64,000 bases of DNA from Bryobacterales bacterium (lineage in GTDB: Bacteria > Acidobacteriota > Terriglobia > Bryobacterales > UBA6623). Location: contig OY729428.2 in the NCBI GenBank assembly GCA_963422375.2, positions 768,001 through 832,000 of the forward strand. The letters run 5' to 3'. The number at the start of each line of letters is the position of its first letter. The first letter of the stretch is position 1. Both the position numbers and the translations under genes were made by a program. Positions 1 to 8,714 of this stretch are shown here, piece by piece. Below the pieces are notes generated by a model, which worked only from the letters and a program-made list of their open reading frames with translations, did not search any database and was not told the origin of the DNA.

Positions 1-214
1 GCGCGCGCCGAGGAGCGCGCGGCGGCCGGGCAAGCCGGGGAGGGAGGCCGGTAGCCACGCGCGGAGACCCGACGGCGGTCTCCCGAGTGCGCTCGGATCC
101 GCTGCGACCCGGCGCCTTGGAACGGGCGGCGCCGGACGTGCCGGTGTCGGTTATCGTAAGCTGTATCGCGTCGCCCGGCACCGAGAGACTGAAGGGAAAC
201 AAGTTGGAGCATCC

Positions 215-577
215 ATGTCACGCCCGTCGAAACGAGACGTACCCTACATCGATCCACGCGTGGACCATGTCGGCGTGGAGCGCCTGAACGAGGTCAACCC
301 AGCCAAGCTGAAGCGCCTTAGGACGACGTGGGTGGTCCGCGAGGGCGACACGCCCCTGGCGGTGCTCCTGCCCTACCGAACGTTCCTCCGCATCCAGAGC
401 ACGATCGAGGAGTTGGAGGCCTCGCTCGAGGAATTTACGGACGATTTCGATCCGTTCCTCGACGATGACTTGAATCTTCCGCTCGCCGTGGAGAGGTTCG
501 ACGATCCCAGCTCACATAGCGCGACGGGCCCCCAGATCGTCGCCAAGGCCCCGTCGCACGAAAAGGAGCAGGGCTAG
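215..577 (+). CDS. Small protein, Phd/YefM antitoxin-like N-terminal fold with acidic tail
   Basis: 120-aa ORF, GGAG RBS before ATG; WVVREGDTPLAVLLPYRTFLRIQSTIEELE resembles the Phd/YefM core; D/E-rich C-terminus. Confidence 0.55.
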   Translation: MSRPSKRDVPYIDPRVDHVGVERLNEVNPAKLKRLRTTWVVREGDTPLAVLLPYRTFLRIQSTIEELEASLEEFTDDFDPFLDDDLNLPLAVERFDDPSSHSATGPQIVAKAPSHEKEQG

Positions 578-903
578 GTTCGGCTGGAGACCGGATCGAG
601 CACGCGACGATTCGCTCCGAGGCGGATACCTGCCGCGCGCTCCGGGGACCCGCGACCGCCCGATGAATCCCTTGGCCCGGTCGCGGCGAAGGTCGCCTGC
701 CCCGTCCTGCCGAGCCCCGAGCCTTCGTCGGCCATGCCGACGTAGCGACTCGACGGCCGACCCTCGCGCCCGCTCGGAAACGGGCACCTGCCGGTCGCGT
801 CGCCGGTCCTGCCGACGCGAGCGCGCGACGAAGCGAACGCATTGCCGACCCGCGTTCGGGGGCGCGAGCCGGCACCTTCTCCTATCCCGCCCGGAGGCGG
901 AGA

Positions 904-3750
904 TCAGCTGCAGCCCGAGGTCGAGCCGCAGTTCGGGCAGCGGTAGCAGTTGCCGTTCACCGTCATGATCGACCCGCACTCGGCGCACAGCGGCCCGTCG
1001 ACCGGCGTCACTTGAAACGGAAGCGTCTGCTGCGGGTCGGGAACCGTGACGGCCAGCTTGGCCGTCACCCCCACCTCGCTCGTCGCGTAATCCGGCGATA
1101 TGAACTTCGATCCCATCCAGCGGAAGATGTAGTCGGTGATCGACTTCGCGTAGTGGATGTCCTTGTTGTTGGTCCAGCCGCTGGGCTCGAACCGGACGTG
1201 CTGGAACTTTTCGACCAGCGTCTTCAGCGGCACGCCGTACTGCAGGGAGAGCGAAACCGCGGTGGCGAAGTTGTCCATCAGGCCGCTGATGGTGGACCCT
1301 TCTTTCGACATCCGAATGAAGATCTCGCCCGGCGTCTTGTTGTCTTCGTAGAGGCCGGCCGTGATGTAGCCTTCGTGCCCGCCGACCGAGAACTTGTGCG
1401 TAAGCGACTGGCGCTCGTCGGGCAGCCGCCGACGCAAGGGCCTCTCCGTGGCGGAGGCTCCCGGAGCCTTGCCGTCGCCTGACTGGCTGCCGACATTGAG
1501 CGGCTGGACCGCCTTGGAGCCGTCGCGGTAGATGGCCACTGCCTTGAGGCCCAAGCGCCAGGCATCCATGTACGCAGCCGCGATGTGCTCGACGGTCGAG
1601 TCCTCGGGCATGTTGATCGTCTTCGAGATCGCGCCCGAGATGAACGGCTGGACCGCCGCCATCATCTTCAAGTGCCCGCTGTAGTGGATGACCCGCTCGC
1701 CGTTCTGCACTTTGAAGCTGCAGTCGAAGACCGGCAGGTCCTGCTGCTTGAGCGCGGGCGCACCCTCGATCGTCTCGGTCGAATCGATGTGGCCGATGAT
1801 CTGATTGGCTAGGTCGGCGCTGTAGCCCATCCGCTCCAGCGCCTCGGACACGGTGTTGTTGACGATCTTGATGACGCCCCCCCCGACCAGCTTCTTGTAC
1901 TTGACGAGCGCCAGTTCGGGCTCCACGCCCGTGGTGTCGCAGTCCATCATGAAGCCGATGGTGCCGGTCGGGGCGATAACCGTCACCTGGCCGTTGCGGT
2001 AGCCCACCTCGCCGCCGAGCCGGTACGCCTCGTCCCAGACGACCTCCGCGCACTCGCGCAAGTCAGCCTGCACGCCCTCGCGGCGGAGGCCGCGGGCCGC
2101 GGCGCGGTGCTTTCGAATCACCTCTAGGAACGGCTCCCGGTTGCGCTCGAAACCGGCGAACGCGCCCTTGGCTTCGGCGATCCGCGCGCTCGTCAGGTAC
2201 GCCTGGCCGCACATGACCGCAGTGATCGCACCCGCGATGCTGCGCCCCCGGTCGGAGTCGTACGGCACGCCCATCGACATCAGCAGAGCGCCGAGGTTGG
2301 CGAAGCCGAGACCGAGCGGACGGTAGTCGTGCGAGTTCTCCGCGATGCTGGCGGTCGGGTAGGCGGCGTTGTCCACCAATATCTCCTGGGCCAGGATGAT
2401 CGTGGCCACCGCCCGCCGGAACGAGGCTACGTCGAACTGCCCGTCGCGCAGCTGGAACTGCTTCAGGTTCAGCGAAGCCAGGTTGCAGGCCGAGTCGTTC
2501 AGGAACATGTATTCCGAGCACGGATTCGAGGCGTCGATGCGCGCCGTGGCCCTGACAGGGTTCCAGGCGTTGATGGTCGTGTCGAACTGCATCCCGGGAT
2601 CGCCGCACCGATGAGCGGCTTCGGCGATCTCCCCCAGCAGGTCCTTCGCCCGATGCCTCTCCTTCGGCTGCCCGCTGAGCACCGAGCGCGTCCACCAGTG
2701 CTCGCCCTGCGCGGCCGCGCGCATGAACCCGTCGGTCACGCGCACCGAGTTGTTGGCGTTCTGGAAGGCGATCGACGAGTACGCTTCGCCGTCGATGGCG
2801 CCGTCGTATCCGTTGTCGACCAAGACGCGGGCCTTCTTCTCCTCGCGCGCCTTGCACCAGATGAAATCCCTCACGTCCGGATGGCTGATGTCGAGAATCA
2901 CCATCTTGGCCGCGCGCCGCGTCTTGCCGCCGGACTTGATCACGCCCGCGAACGCGTCGAAGCCCTTCATGAAGGACACCGGCCCGGAGGCGCGGCCGCC
3001 GCCCGCGAGCCCGGCGTCGCTTTCGCGGATCTTCGAGAGGTTCGTGCCGGTGCCAGAGCCCCATTTGAAGAGCATGCCCTCGGTCTTCACCAAGTCGAGG
3101 ATCGACTCGAGGGAGTCCTCGACCGAGTTGATGAAGCAGGCGGAGCACTGGGGCCGGTGCTCGTCCGGGTTAAGCGCCGTCACCCTGCTCGCGGCCTCGT
3201 CCCACGCCCAGCCGTAGCCGCGCGACTCCTTGAGCACGCCGACGTTGAACCAGACTGGGGAGTTGAAGCTGGCCTTCTGCGTGAGCATCAGGTGCGCCAG
3301 GTCGCTGCGGAAGCTCTCGGCGTCGCCCGAGGCTCGGAGATAGCCCCCGGCCAGGCCCCAGTCGGCGATCGTGTCGACGACTCTGCGGACCAGCTGTCCG
3401 AGGCTGCTCTCGCGGTCGGCGCTGCCGACGGTGCCGTGGAAGTACTTGCTCGCGACGATATTGGTCGCCGTCTGGGACCAGCTGCGCGGCACCTCGACGT
3501 CGTTCTGCTCAAAGACGGTGTTGCCTTGGGCGTCGGTGATGACCGCCGTTCGCCTCTCCCACTCGAGGGAGGAGTAGGGCGTGACTCCCTCGGGGAGGTC
3601 GCGGGTGAAGTACCGTTCAAAGGAAAGGCCCGGCACCGAATCGAGACTCGGACCAACGGCTGACGGAATGGCCCGGTTCCTCAGCCTAGCGACACTCGGC
3701 AACGGTGGCGCTACAGCTGCTTCAAGACTCACACGATCTTCAAGACTCAC
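904..3750 (-). CDS. nrdJ: Adenosylcobalamin-dependent (class II) ribonucleotide reductase with C-terminal TSCPD-like domain and Zn ribbon
   Basis: 948 aa; QCSACFI, GGKTRRAAKM, NPCSEY, IAPTGTI motifs; C-terminal CAECG..CPNCG; AAAGGGG RBS before GTG. Confidence 0.95.
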   Translation of the reverse strand: MSLEDRVSLEAAVAPPLPSVARLRNRAIPSAVGPSLDSVPGLSFERYFTRDLPEGVTPYSSLEWERRTAVITDAQGNTVFEQNDVEVPRSWSQTATNIVASKYFHGTVGSADRESSLGQLVRRVVDTIADWGLAGGYLRASGDAESFRSDLAHLMLTQKASFNSPVWFNVGVLKESRGYGWAWDEAASRVTALNPDEHRPQCSACFINSVEDSLESILDLVKTEGMLFKWGSGTGTNLSKIRESDAGLAGGGRASGPVSFMKGFDAFAGVIKSGGKTRRAAKMVILDISHPDVRDFIWCKAREEKKARVLVDNGYDGAIDGEAYSSIAFQNANNSVRVTDGFMRAAAQGEHWWTRSVLSGQPKERHRAKDLLGEIAEAAHRCGDPGMQFDTTINAWNPVRATARIDASNPCSEYMFLNDSACNLASLNLKQFQLRDGQFDVASFRRAVATIILAQEILVDNAAYPTASIAENSHDYRPLGLGFANLGALLMSMGVPYDSDRGRSIAGAITAVMCGQAYLTSARIAEAKGAFAGFERNREPFLEVIRKHRAAARGLRREGVQADLRECAEVVWDEAYRLGGEVGYRNGQVTVIAPTGTIGFMMDCDTTGVEPELALVKYKKLVGGGVIKIVNNTVSEALERMGYSADLANQIIGHIDSTETIEGAPALKQQDLPVFDCSFKVQNGERVIHYSGHLKMMAAVQPFISGAISKTINMPEDSTVEHIAAAYMDAWRLGLKAVAIYRDGSKAVQPLNVGSQSGDGKAPGASATERPLRRRLPDERQSLTHKFSVGGHEGYITAGLYEDNKTPGEIFIRMSKEGSTISGLMDNFATAVSLSLQYGVPLKTLVEKFQHVRFEPSGWTNNKDIHYAKSITDYIFRWMGSKFISPDYATSEVGVTAKLAVTVPDPQQTLPFQVTPVDGPLCAECGSIMTVNGNCYRCPNCGSTSGCS

Positions 3751-3866
3751 GCGATGCCCCTTTCAACTCTCGGGATTCGAAAGCTCCCACCCAAGCACCA
3801 AGCGGAACGTCTCGTCAGCACGCCGCACGGCACATGCACACTGCCTTGTGACGCAGGCCAAGGATG

Positions 3867-3882
3867 CGCCTAAATGTTGTAG
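3867..3882. promoter_or_regulatory. Putative NrdR box
   Basis: cgcCTAAATGTTGtag matches the conserved positions of the CwAtATaTwG core, about 120 bp upstream of nrdJ in an AT-rich patch. Confidence 0.6.
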
Positions 3883-4134
3883 CGCAGTTTACCAAAAAAA
3901 GTTTACCAAGAGCCATAAGAGATTACAACAACCGTGAGGACCCGCAGGAGCGAGAAATTCTTCCCGCTTACGGCGGGTTCGCGGAACTTGGCGCCGCCGA
4001 CGGGTCCATCGCGGACGAAAACCGCCCGAATCTCGGGGCCAGCGCGCGAGAAGCGGGGCGATGCCCCTACTGCCCGGGCCTCGCGGACCGCGCCAAGACA
4101 TCCGAAGACGGATCGAGCCTAGGGCGGGCTCGGT

Positions 4135-5343
4135 TCAGGCCCATATCGACTGCGTCGCCTCGCGGCCGAGCCGCGCCTCGCCGCTCTGCACGATCGCGAA
4201 TCTCGTGCAGATCGGCCCCACCATCTCGTACACCACGACCGCGGACAGGACAATCGTCGAGATCTCGCTGTAGTAGCCGGGAAACTGGCGGCTGATCGTC
4301 ATGACGAGCCCGACAGCCAAGCCGGCTTGCGTGAGCAGCCCGAATCCCAGGAAGTGCTGCACCTGCGCCTCCATGCGCAGGCGCCGGCTGCCGAGCCACG
4401 CCCCGACGAACTTGCCGCCCCCGCGCGCGAGCACGTAGCCGATCCCGATCGCTCCGATCATCGCGACCCGGCCGACGTCCAGTTCGGCGCCGGCCAGCAC
4501 GAAGAAAATGGCGTAGAAGGGCGGGTCGGTCCCCGCGAGCGTCCGGAAGAGCCGTCGGCTGCGCCGCGAGAGGTTTACCATCGTGGCGCCGACCGCCAGG
4601 CTGGCGATCAGCGGCGACAGGTCCAGCAGCCGCGCCACGCCCACGCAGAGCAGGATCGAGCCGGCCAGCAGGATTAGCATTTCCCCGGTTTCGCTCACGT
4701 GGCGGGCCCAGCCCGCCAGCATCAGCCCGGTCAGCAGGCCCAGCGCCACCGAGCCGGCCAGCTGCCACACCAGCGGGAAGCCCGTCCGGAAGACGGTCTC
4801 CCCGAGGCTCTGCTGCCCCCAGCCGGCCACCAGGTCGACTACGGCGGCGCACGTCAGGTAGGCGATCAGGCACACGATGTTGTTTACCGCGATGATGCCC
4901 AGCAGCGCGTCGCTGAGGGGCCCGCGGGCGTTGCACTCCCGCAGCACCATCAGGGTGGACGCCGGCGCCGTGGCGATCGACACGGCCGCGAGAAGCAGGG
5001 AGACCTGCCATTCCAGCCCCAGGACCAGCATGACGGCGAGCACCGAGCCGGCGGCGAATATGGACTCGACCAAGGTCAGCCGCACGATCTTGCGCCCGAT
5101 GCGCCGCACGAGGCTCGCCTCGAAGACCGCTCCGATCGAGAACAGGATCAGGCCGAGCGCGACCTCGCTGAGCGCCTCCAGCGCGTGAATGTTCTCGTGG
5201 CTCAGCCACCCGAGCACGGACGGCCCCAGCGCCATGCCGGCAAGGATGTAGCCCGTCACCTCGGGAATCCGGAGCACGCGCACCAAGTGCCCCGACAGCA
5301 GGGCGAGCAGCAGGATCAGCCCCAGCGAGGAGAGTTCATTCAT
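4135..5343 (-). CDS. Cation:proton antiporter (CPA2/Kef-type membrane domain, no TrkA domain)
   Basis: About 402 aa, about 12 hydrophobic helices; IPEVTGYILAG..LGPS, ILFSIG, ATAPAST, FFVLAGAEL; start MNELSS overlaps the stop of the upstream PDZ gene. Confidence 0.88.
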   Translation of the reverse strand: MNELSSLGLILLLALLSGHLVRVLRIPEVTGYILAGMALGPSVLGWLSHENIHALEALSEVALGLILFSIGAVFEASLVRRIGRKIVRLTLVESIFAAGSVLAVMLVLGLEWQVSLLLAAVSIATAPASTLMVLRECNARGPLSDALLGIIAVNNIVCLIAYLTCAAVVDLVAGWGQQSLGETVFRTGFPLVWQLAGSVALGLLTGLMLAGWARHVSETGEMLILLAGSILLCVGVARLLDLSPLIASLAVGATMVNLSRRSRRLFRTLAGTDPPFYAIFFVLAGAELDVGRVAMIGAIGIGYVLARGGGKFVGAWLGSRRLRMEAQVQHFLGFGLLTQAGLAVGLVMTISRQFPGYYSEISTIVLSAVVVYEMVGPICTRFAIVQSGEARLGREATQSIWA

Positions 5344-6595
5344 CGGGCTCCACCAAGGTGCCCCAGGCCCGCCCGCGGCGCTCCATGACAACGAATACCG
5401 GACCGGCGGCGGCGAGGGCGGCCTCGAGGGCGGCGCGCGACCGCGGGCGCTGCAGGTTGACGCTCAGCAGCCGGTCACCCGGGCGCGCGCCCACCCGCTC
5501 GGCCAGGCTGCCGCGGACCGCGGCATCGACCGCGAGGCCCTCCGCGCCGGCCACGAAGCCGCGCGACACGGCGTCCGCCCCGGCCATGGGACGGGCCAGC
5601 ATGCGCACCGTCTGCCGCCGCCCCGCCCGCCAGACCATCAGCTCGCGCACTTCGCGGGACACCGGCAGGAGCAGGCCCTGCAAGTCGGACAGCGACTCGA
5701 CCGGGACGCCGTCGAGGGCGAGGATCAAGTCGCCCGGAACCAAGCCGGCCTCGAGTGCCCGGTAGCCCCACCACGTCTCGCTCACCAGCACGCCGGAACC
5801 CCGCCCGAAGAACCGCAGCTGCGCCTCGGTGGCCTCCTCGGCGCGCAGGCCGTAGCGCCTGGCCAGACGGTCTTGGAACGTGGGCTCGGACCGGGCCTTC
5901 GTCTCGAGCGCTCCCGCTTCGGCCGCCAGCGGAGTTCCCGCGCAATCGAGAACGATCGCCACCAAGCCCCCGTCCAGCGAGAAGATGCCGGATCCCGGCT
6001 GCATCGCGCCGAAGTCGAAGTTGGTCTGCACCTCCGTGAGCTCGAGGTCGCCGCAGCGCGCGTCCGCCACGCCGAAGAGATTGCCCGGTACGTACCGCAG
6101 CCCGCCGGAGCGGGATCTCCATGCCGCCAGCAGCCACGCTCCGCGCGCGTACAGGCGGACGGGCCTGCGGTCGCTGACGGCCGCGTCGAGCGGCGCTTCA
6201 AGGAGCACGTAGGGAAGGTTCGGAGCGGCCCGCACGGTCTTGAGCGCGACCTCGCGGCTGCCGAGAGCCGTCCTGTCCGCTGCGGGGAACGGTCCCAGCC
6301 GCGAAGACGTCACCACCTCGCCGGCCTGCCAGACCACGCCGCTCTGGCCGGTGCCACCGAGCAGAACTACGCTCTCCTCGACCTGCGACGCGATTTCGGC
6401 GAAGTAGTCCGCGACGCGCTCGACATCCCTGCGCTGCGCCAGGCGCTCGAGCTGCAGCAGGTCGCCGGCGACCCTGGCTGGGGACGATTCGCCCTGCTCG
6501 TCCCCGGGCCGGATCAGGGCTCCGGCCACAAGGATCAGGAAGCTCGCCGCCGCGAGGATGGCGATGTACTTCGGGTCGATTCTCGGGCGCGGCAT
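5336..6595 (-). CDS. Membrane-anchored HtrA/DegP-like protein with degenerate trypsin-like domain and two PDZ domains
   Basis: N-terminal TM; SVVLL..GQSGVVW..VVTS trypsin-like layout; PDZ signatures AGLVPGDLILALDGVPV and VGARPGDRLLSVN. Confidence 0.7.
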   Translation of the reverse strand: MPRPRIDPKYIAILAAASFLILVAGALIRPGDEQGESSPARVAGDLLQLERLAQRRDVERVADYFAEIASQVEESVVLLGGTGQSGVVWQAGEVVTSSRLGPFPAADRTALGSREVALKTVRAAPNLPYVLLEAPLDAAVSDRRPVRLYARGAWLLAAWRSRSGGLRYVPGNLFGVADARCGDLELTEVQTNFDFGAMQPGSGIFSLDGGLVAIVLDCAGTPLAAEAGALETKARSEPTFQDRLARRYGLRAEEATEAQLRFFGRGSGVLVSETWWGYRALEAGLVPGDLILALDGVPVESLSDLQGLLLPVSREVRELMVWRAGRRQTVRMLARPMAGADAVSRGFVAGAEGLAVDAAVRGSLAERVGARPGDRLLSVNLQRPRSRAALEAALAAAGPVFVVMERRGRAWGTLVEPDE

Positions 6596-6614
6596 GCGAC
6601 GCTCGGAGACCGCG

Positions 6615-7808
6615 TCAGGTCGGGGCCGGATCCCCGCTGAACCGGTATTCGCCAACCAGCGCCATCAAGGACGCGAGCGCGGCCATCAGGCAGACCAGCA
6701 CCGCTAGGAGCGGGTATCCTCCGTCGGCGGCGGCGAGCAGGCCGGCCGACCATCCCGCGAGCAGGGCGGCCGCGACGAACGCATTGACGGCCCGCGCTGT
6801 CCAGCGGCAGCGAACGAGCGTCGCCGGCCACTGGACCAGGGCCAGCGTGAGAGCGAGCAGCGCCCCCGTCCCGAAGCCGAGCAGGGGAGCGCCCAGCCAA
6901 GCCGCGACAGGCCGCTGGCCAAAGAACAACGCGACGGCGCCGACGCAGGCGATCCCCGCGAGGCAGCCGAGCGCGAGAACCCCGTCCGTGGCCCGCGGCA
7001 AGCGTCGCGATACCACCAGCCCTAGGACGAGCGCGAGCCAAGCCGCCGCCAGGACGAGGGCCCCTTCCGGAAGCGACAGGCCGTACCCGCGTGCGAGGAG
7101 GACCGGCAGCCAGCACGCGGCGATCCCGCAGGCCGCCGCCTGGCAGAGCAGGCTCGCCGCGAACAGCGCTCCCCGGGGCCCCGTCCCGGCAGACGGTTCG
7201 GGCCTTCGGGCCGGCAGCGCTGCCGGCTCGAGGCGCGCCCGGCCGGAGTGGATTGCCAGAACGGCTAGAAGTGCCGGTACAGCCGCCGCCAGCGGCCCGA
7301 GCAGGCTCGCGGAGCGTGCGGACGCAAGGACCCATGCGAGCAGGCTCGCCGACAGTCCGCCGGCGGCGGCGCTCACCCCGCCGAGCGCCAGCAGGGACAG
7401 GTCGCGCCCCGGCCTGCGCATGCCCCGCAGGAGTCCCATCAGCAGCCGCCAGCAACCCGCGGTAGCCATCCCGACCACGAAGGGCAAGGCGTACTCGAGG
7501 GCGGCGGCATCGTGGAAGGGCAGCACGATCAGCGCCGCGGCGCTGATCGCGCCGAGGGTCGCAAGGCCGCCTCGCGCGAGCGGTCCGGGCAGAGTCCTCC
7601 TAGCGAGACGCCGACCGGGCAGGGCCGCCAGGCAGGCCCCGGCGGCGGCGATGCCCGCCGCCTCGCTCTCGCGCAGCAGCGGAGCGGCGAACGGGAAGAG
7701 CAAAACGCCGAGGAAGCCCATGCCCAGCCCTAACGCGAAGAGGGACAGGACGACCAAGCGCACGTGCGTAGGGCCGGGTGTCCGCGTGAGACGGCCCGCC
7801 CCGTTCAT
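6615..7808 (-). CDS. MFS-like integral membrane protein (divergent)
   Basis: 397 aa, about 12 hydrophobic segments; WLPVLLARGYGLS typical of MFS helix 7 exit; extended -10 just upstream. Confidence 0.6.
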   Translation of the reverse strand: MNGAGRLTRTPGPTHVRLVVLSLFALGLGMGFLGVLLFPFAAPLLRESEAAGIAAAGACLAALPGRRLARRTLPGPLARGGLATLGAISAAALIVLPFHDAAALEYALPFVVGMATAGCWRLLMGLLRGMRRPGRDLSLLALGGVSAAAGGLSASLLAWVLASARSASLLGPLAAAVPALLAVLAIHSGRARLEPAALPARRPEPSAGTGPRGALFAASLLCQAAACGIAACWLPVLLARGYGLSLPEGALVLAAAWLALVLGLVVSRRLPRATDGVLALGCLAGIACVGAVALFFGQRPVAAWLGAPLLGFGTGALLALTLALVQWPATLVRCRWTARAVNAFVAAALLAGWSAGLLAAADGGYPLLAVLVCLMAALASLMALVGEYRFSGDPAPT

Positions 7809-7814
7809 GTTTCC

Positions 7815-7823
7815 AGTCTAGCA
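7815..7823 (-). promoter_or_regulatory. Extended -10 element (TGCTAGACT), probable leaderless start of MFS-like gene
   Basis: TGn-TAnnnT ends 6 nt before the ATG at 7808. Confidence 0.55.
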
Positions 7824-7890
7824 ACGGCTCCCGGGCGGCCGGACGCTTCCGCCCGGAAGGGCACCTTCGCGGCCGCGGTCGGTCCGCGTT

Positions 7891-8673
7891 TCACTCCCCG
7901 TCGGCGCTGGAGCGCAACCGGTCCGTCAGAGACCTCACGGCCCCCCACAGCAGCGCCGCTTCCGTCGAGCAGCCGACCAGGCGCATCCCGCGGCGGATAT
8001 AGAATTCCGCCAGCCCGCCGTCCCGGACCTGCATGGCCGGCCAGAGCCCCCGCTCCCGGCAGGCGGCGATCACGCGGTCCACGGCGCCGACGAGCTTCGG
8101 GTGGCGCCACTGCCCGCCCACGCCGAGAGAGATCGACAGGTCCGCCGGCCCGACCAGCAGCGCGTTCAGCCCCGGCACCGACGCCAGCTCGTCCAACCGC
8201 TCCAAGGCCCGCTGGGACTCCACCTGGGCGATCAGCAGCGTCTCGCTGTTGCAGTGCTCGATAATGTCGTCGAAGCTGGCCGAGCGATAGCCGATCTGAG
8301 GCGGGCCCAGTCCGAACCCGCGGTGCCCGAGCGGCGGGAATTTCGCGCCGCGCGCGGCATGCGCCAGCTGGTCGGGATCCTCGCAGCGCGGGAAGATGAT
8401 GCCTTCCGCTCCCGAGTCGAGCGCCCGCGCCACCAGATCGTATTGGAAGTCGCAGACCCGCACCACCGCCGTGATGTCCGTCATGCGGTACGCCCGCACC
8501 AAGTCGTGCAGGGTGTCGGTGGAGAACGGGCTGTGCTCCGAGTCCAGAAACACCCAATCTAGATCCGCTGCGCCGAACATCTTGGGAATTTCGGCAGTAG
8601 GCAGCTGGGCATGAGCGATGCCGACCGCGATCCCGCCCTGCTCCAGAATCCGCTTGGTCTTGTTGGGACGCAT
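7891..8673 (-). CDS. HpcH/HpaI-family class II aldolase
   Basis: MRPNKTK..; DWVFLDSEHSP, ARALDSGAEGIIFP, KFPPLGHRGFG, AQVES, VGPADLSISLG. Confidence 0.9.
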   Translation of the reverse strand: MRPNKTKRILEQGGIAVGIAHAQLPTAEIPKMFGAADLDWVFLDSEHSPFSTDTLHDLVRAYRMTDITAVVRVCDFQYDLVARALDSGAEGIIFPRCEDPDQLAHAARGAKFPPLGHRGFGLGPPQIGYRSASFDDIIEHCNSETLLIAQVESQRALERLDELASVPGLNALLVGPADLSISLGVGGQWRHPKLVGAVDRVIAACRERGLWPAMQVRDGGLAEFYIRRGMRLVGCSTEAALLWGAVRSLTDRLRSSADGE

Positions 8674-8714
8674 CGCTCCAACTCTATCGCAGGGGTTGCC
8701 GGGACGGCGCCCGG

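Noticed and set aside
904..3750. Intein or intron in nrdJ
   Set aside because: Continuous ORF of normal length with no splicing or homing-endonuclease motifs
3751..4134. Cobalamin riboswitch upstream of nrdJ
   Set aside because: No B12-box or other cobalamin riboswitch consensus elements seen on the minus strand
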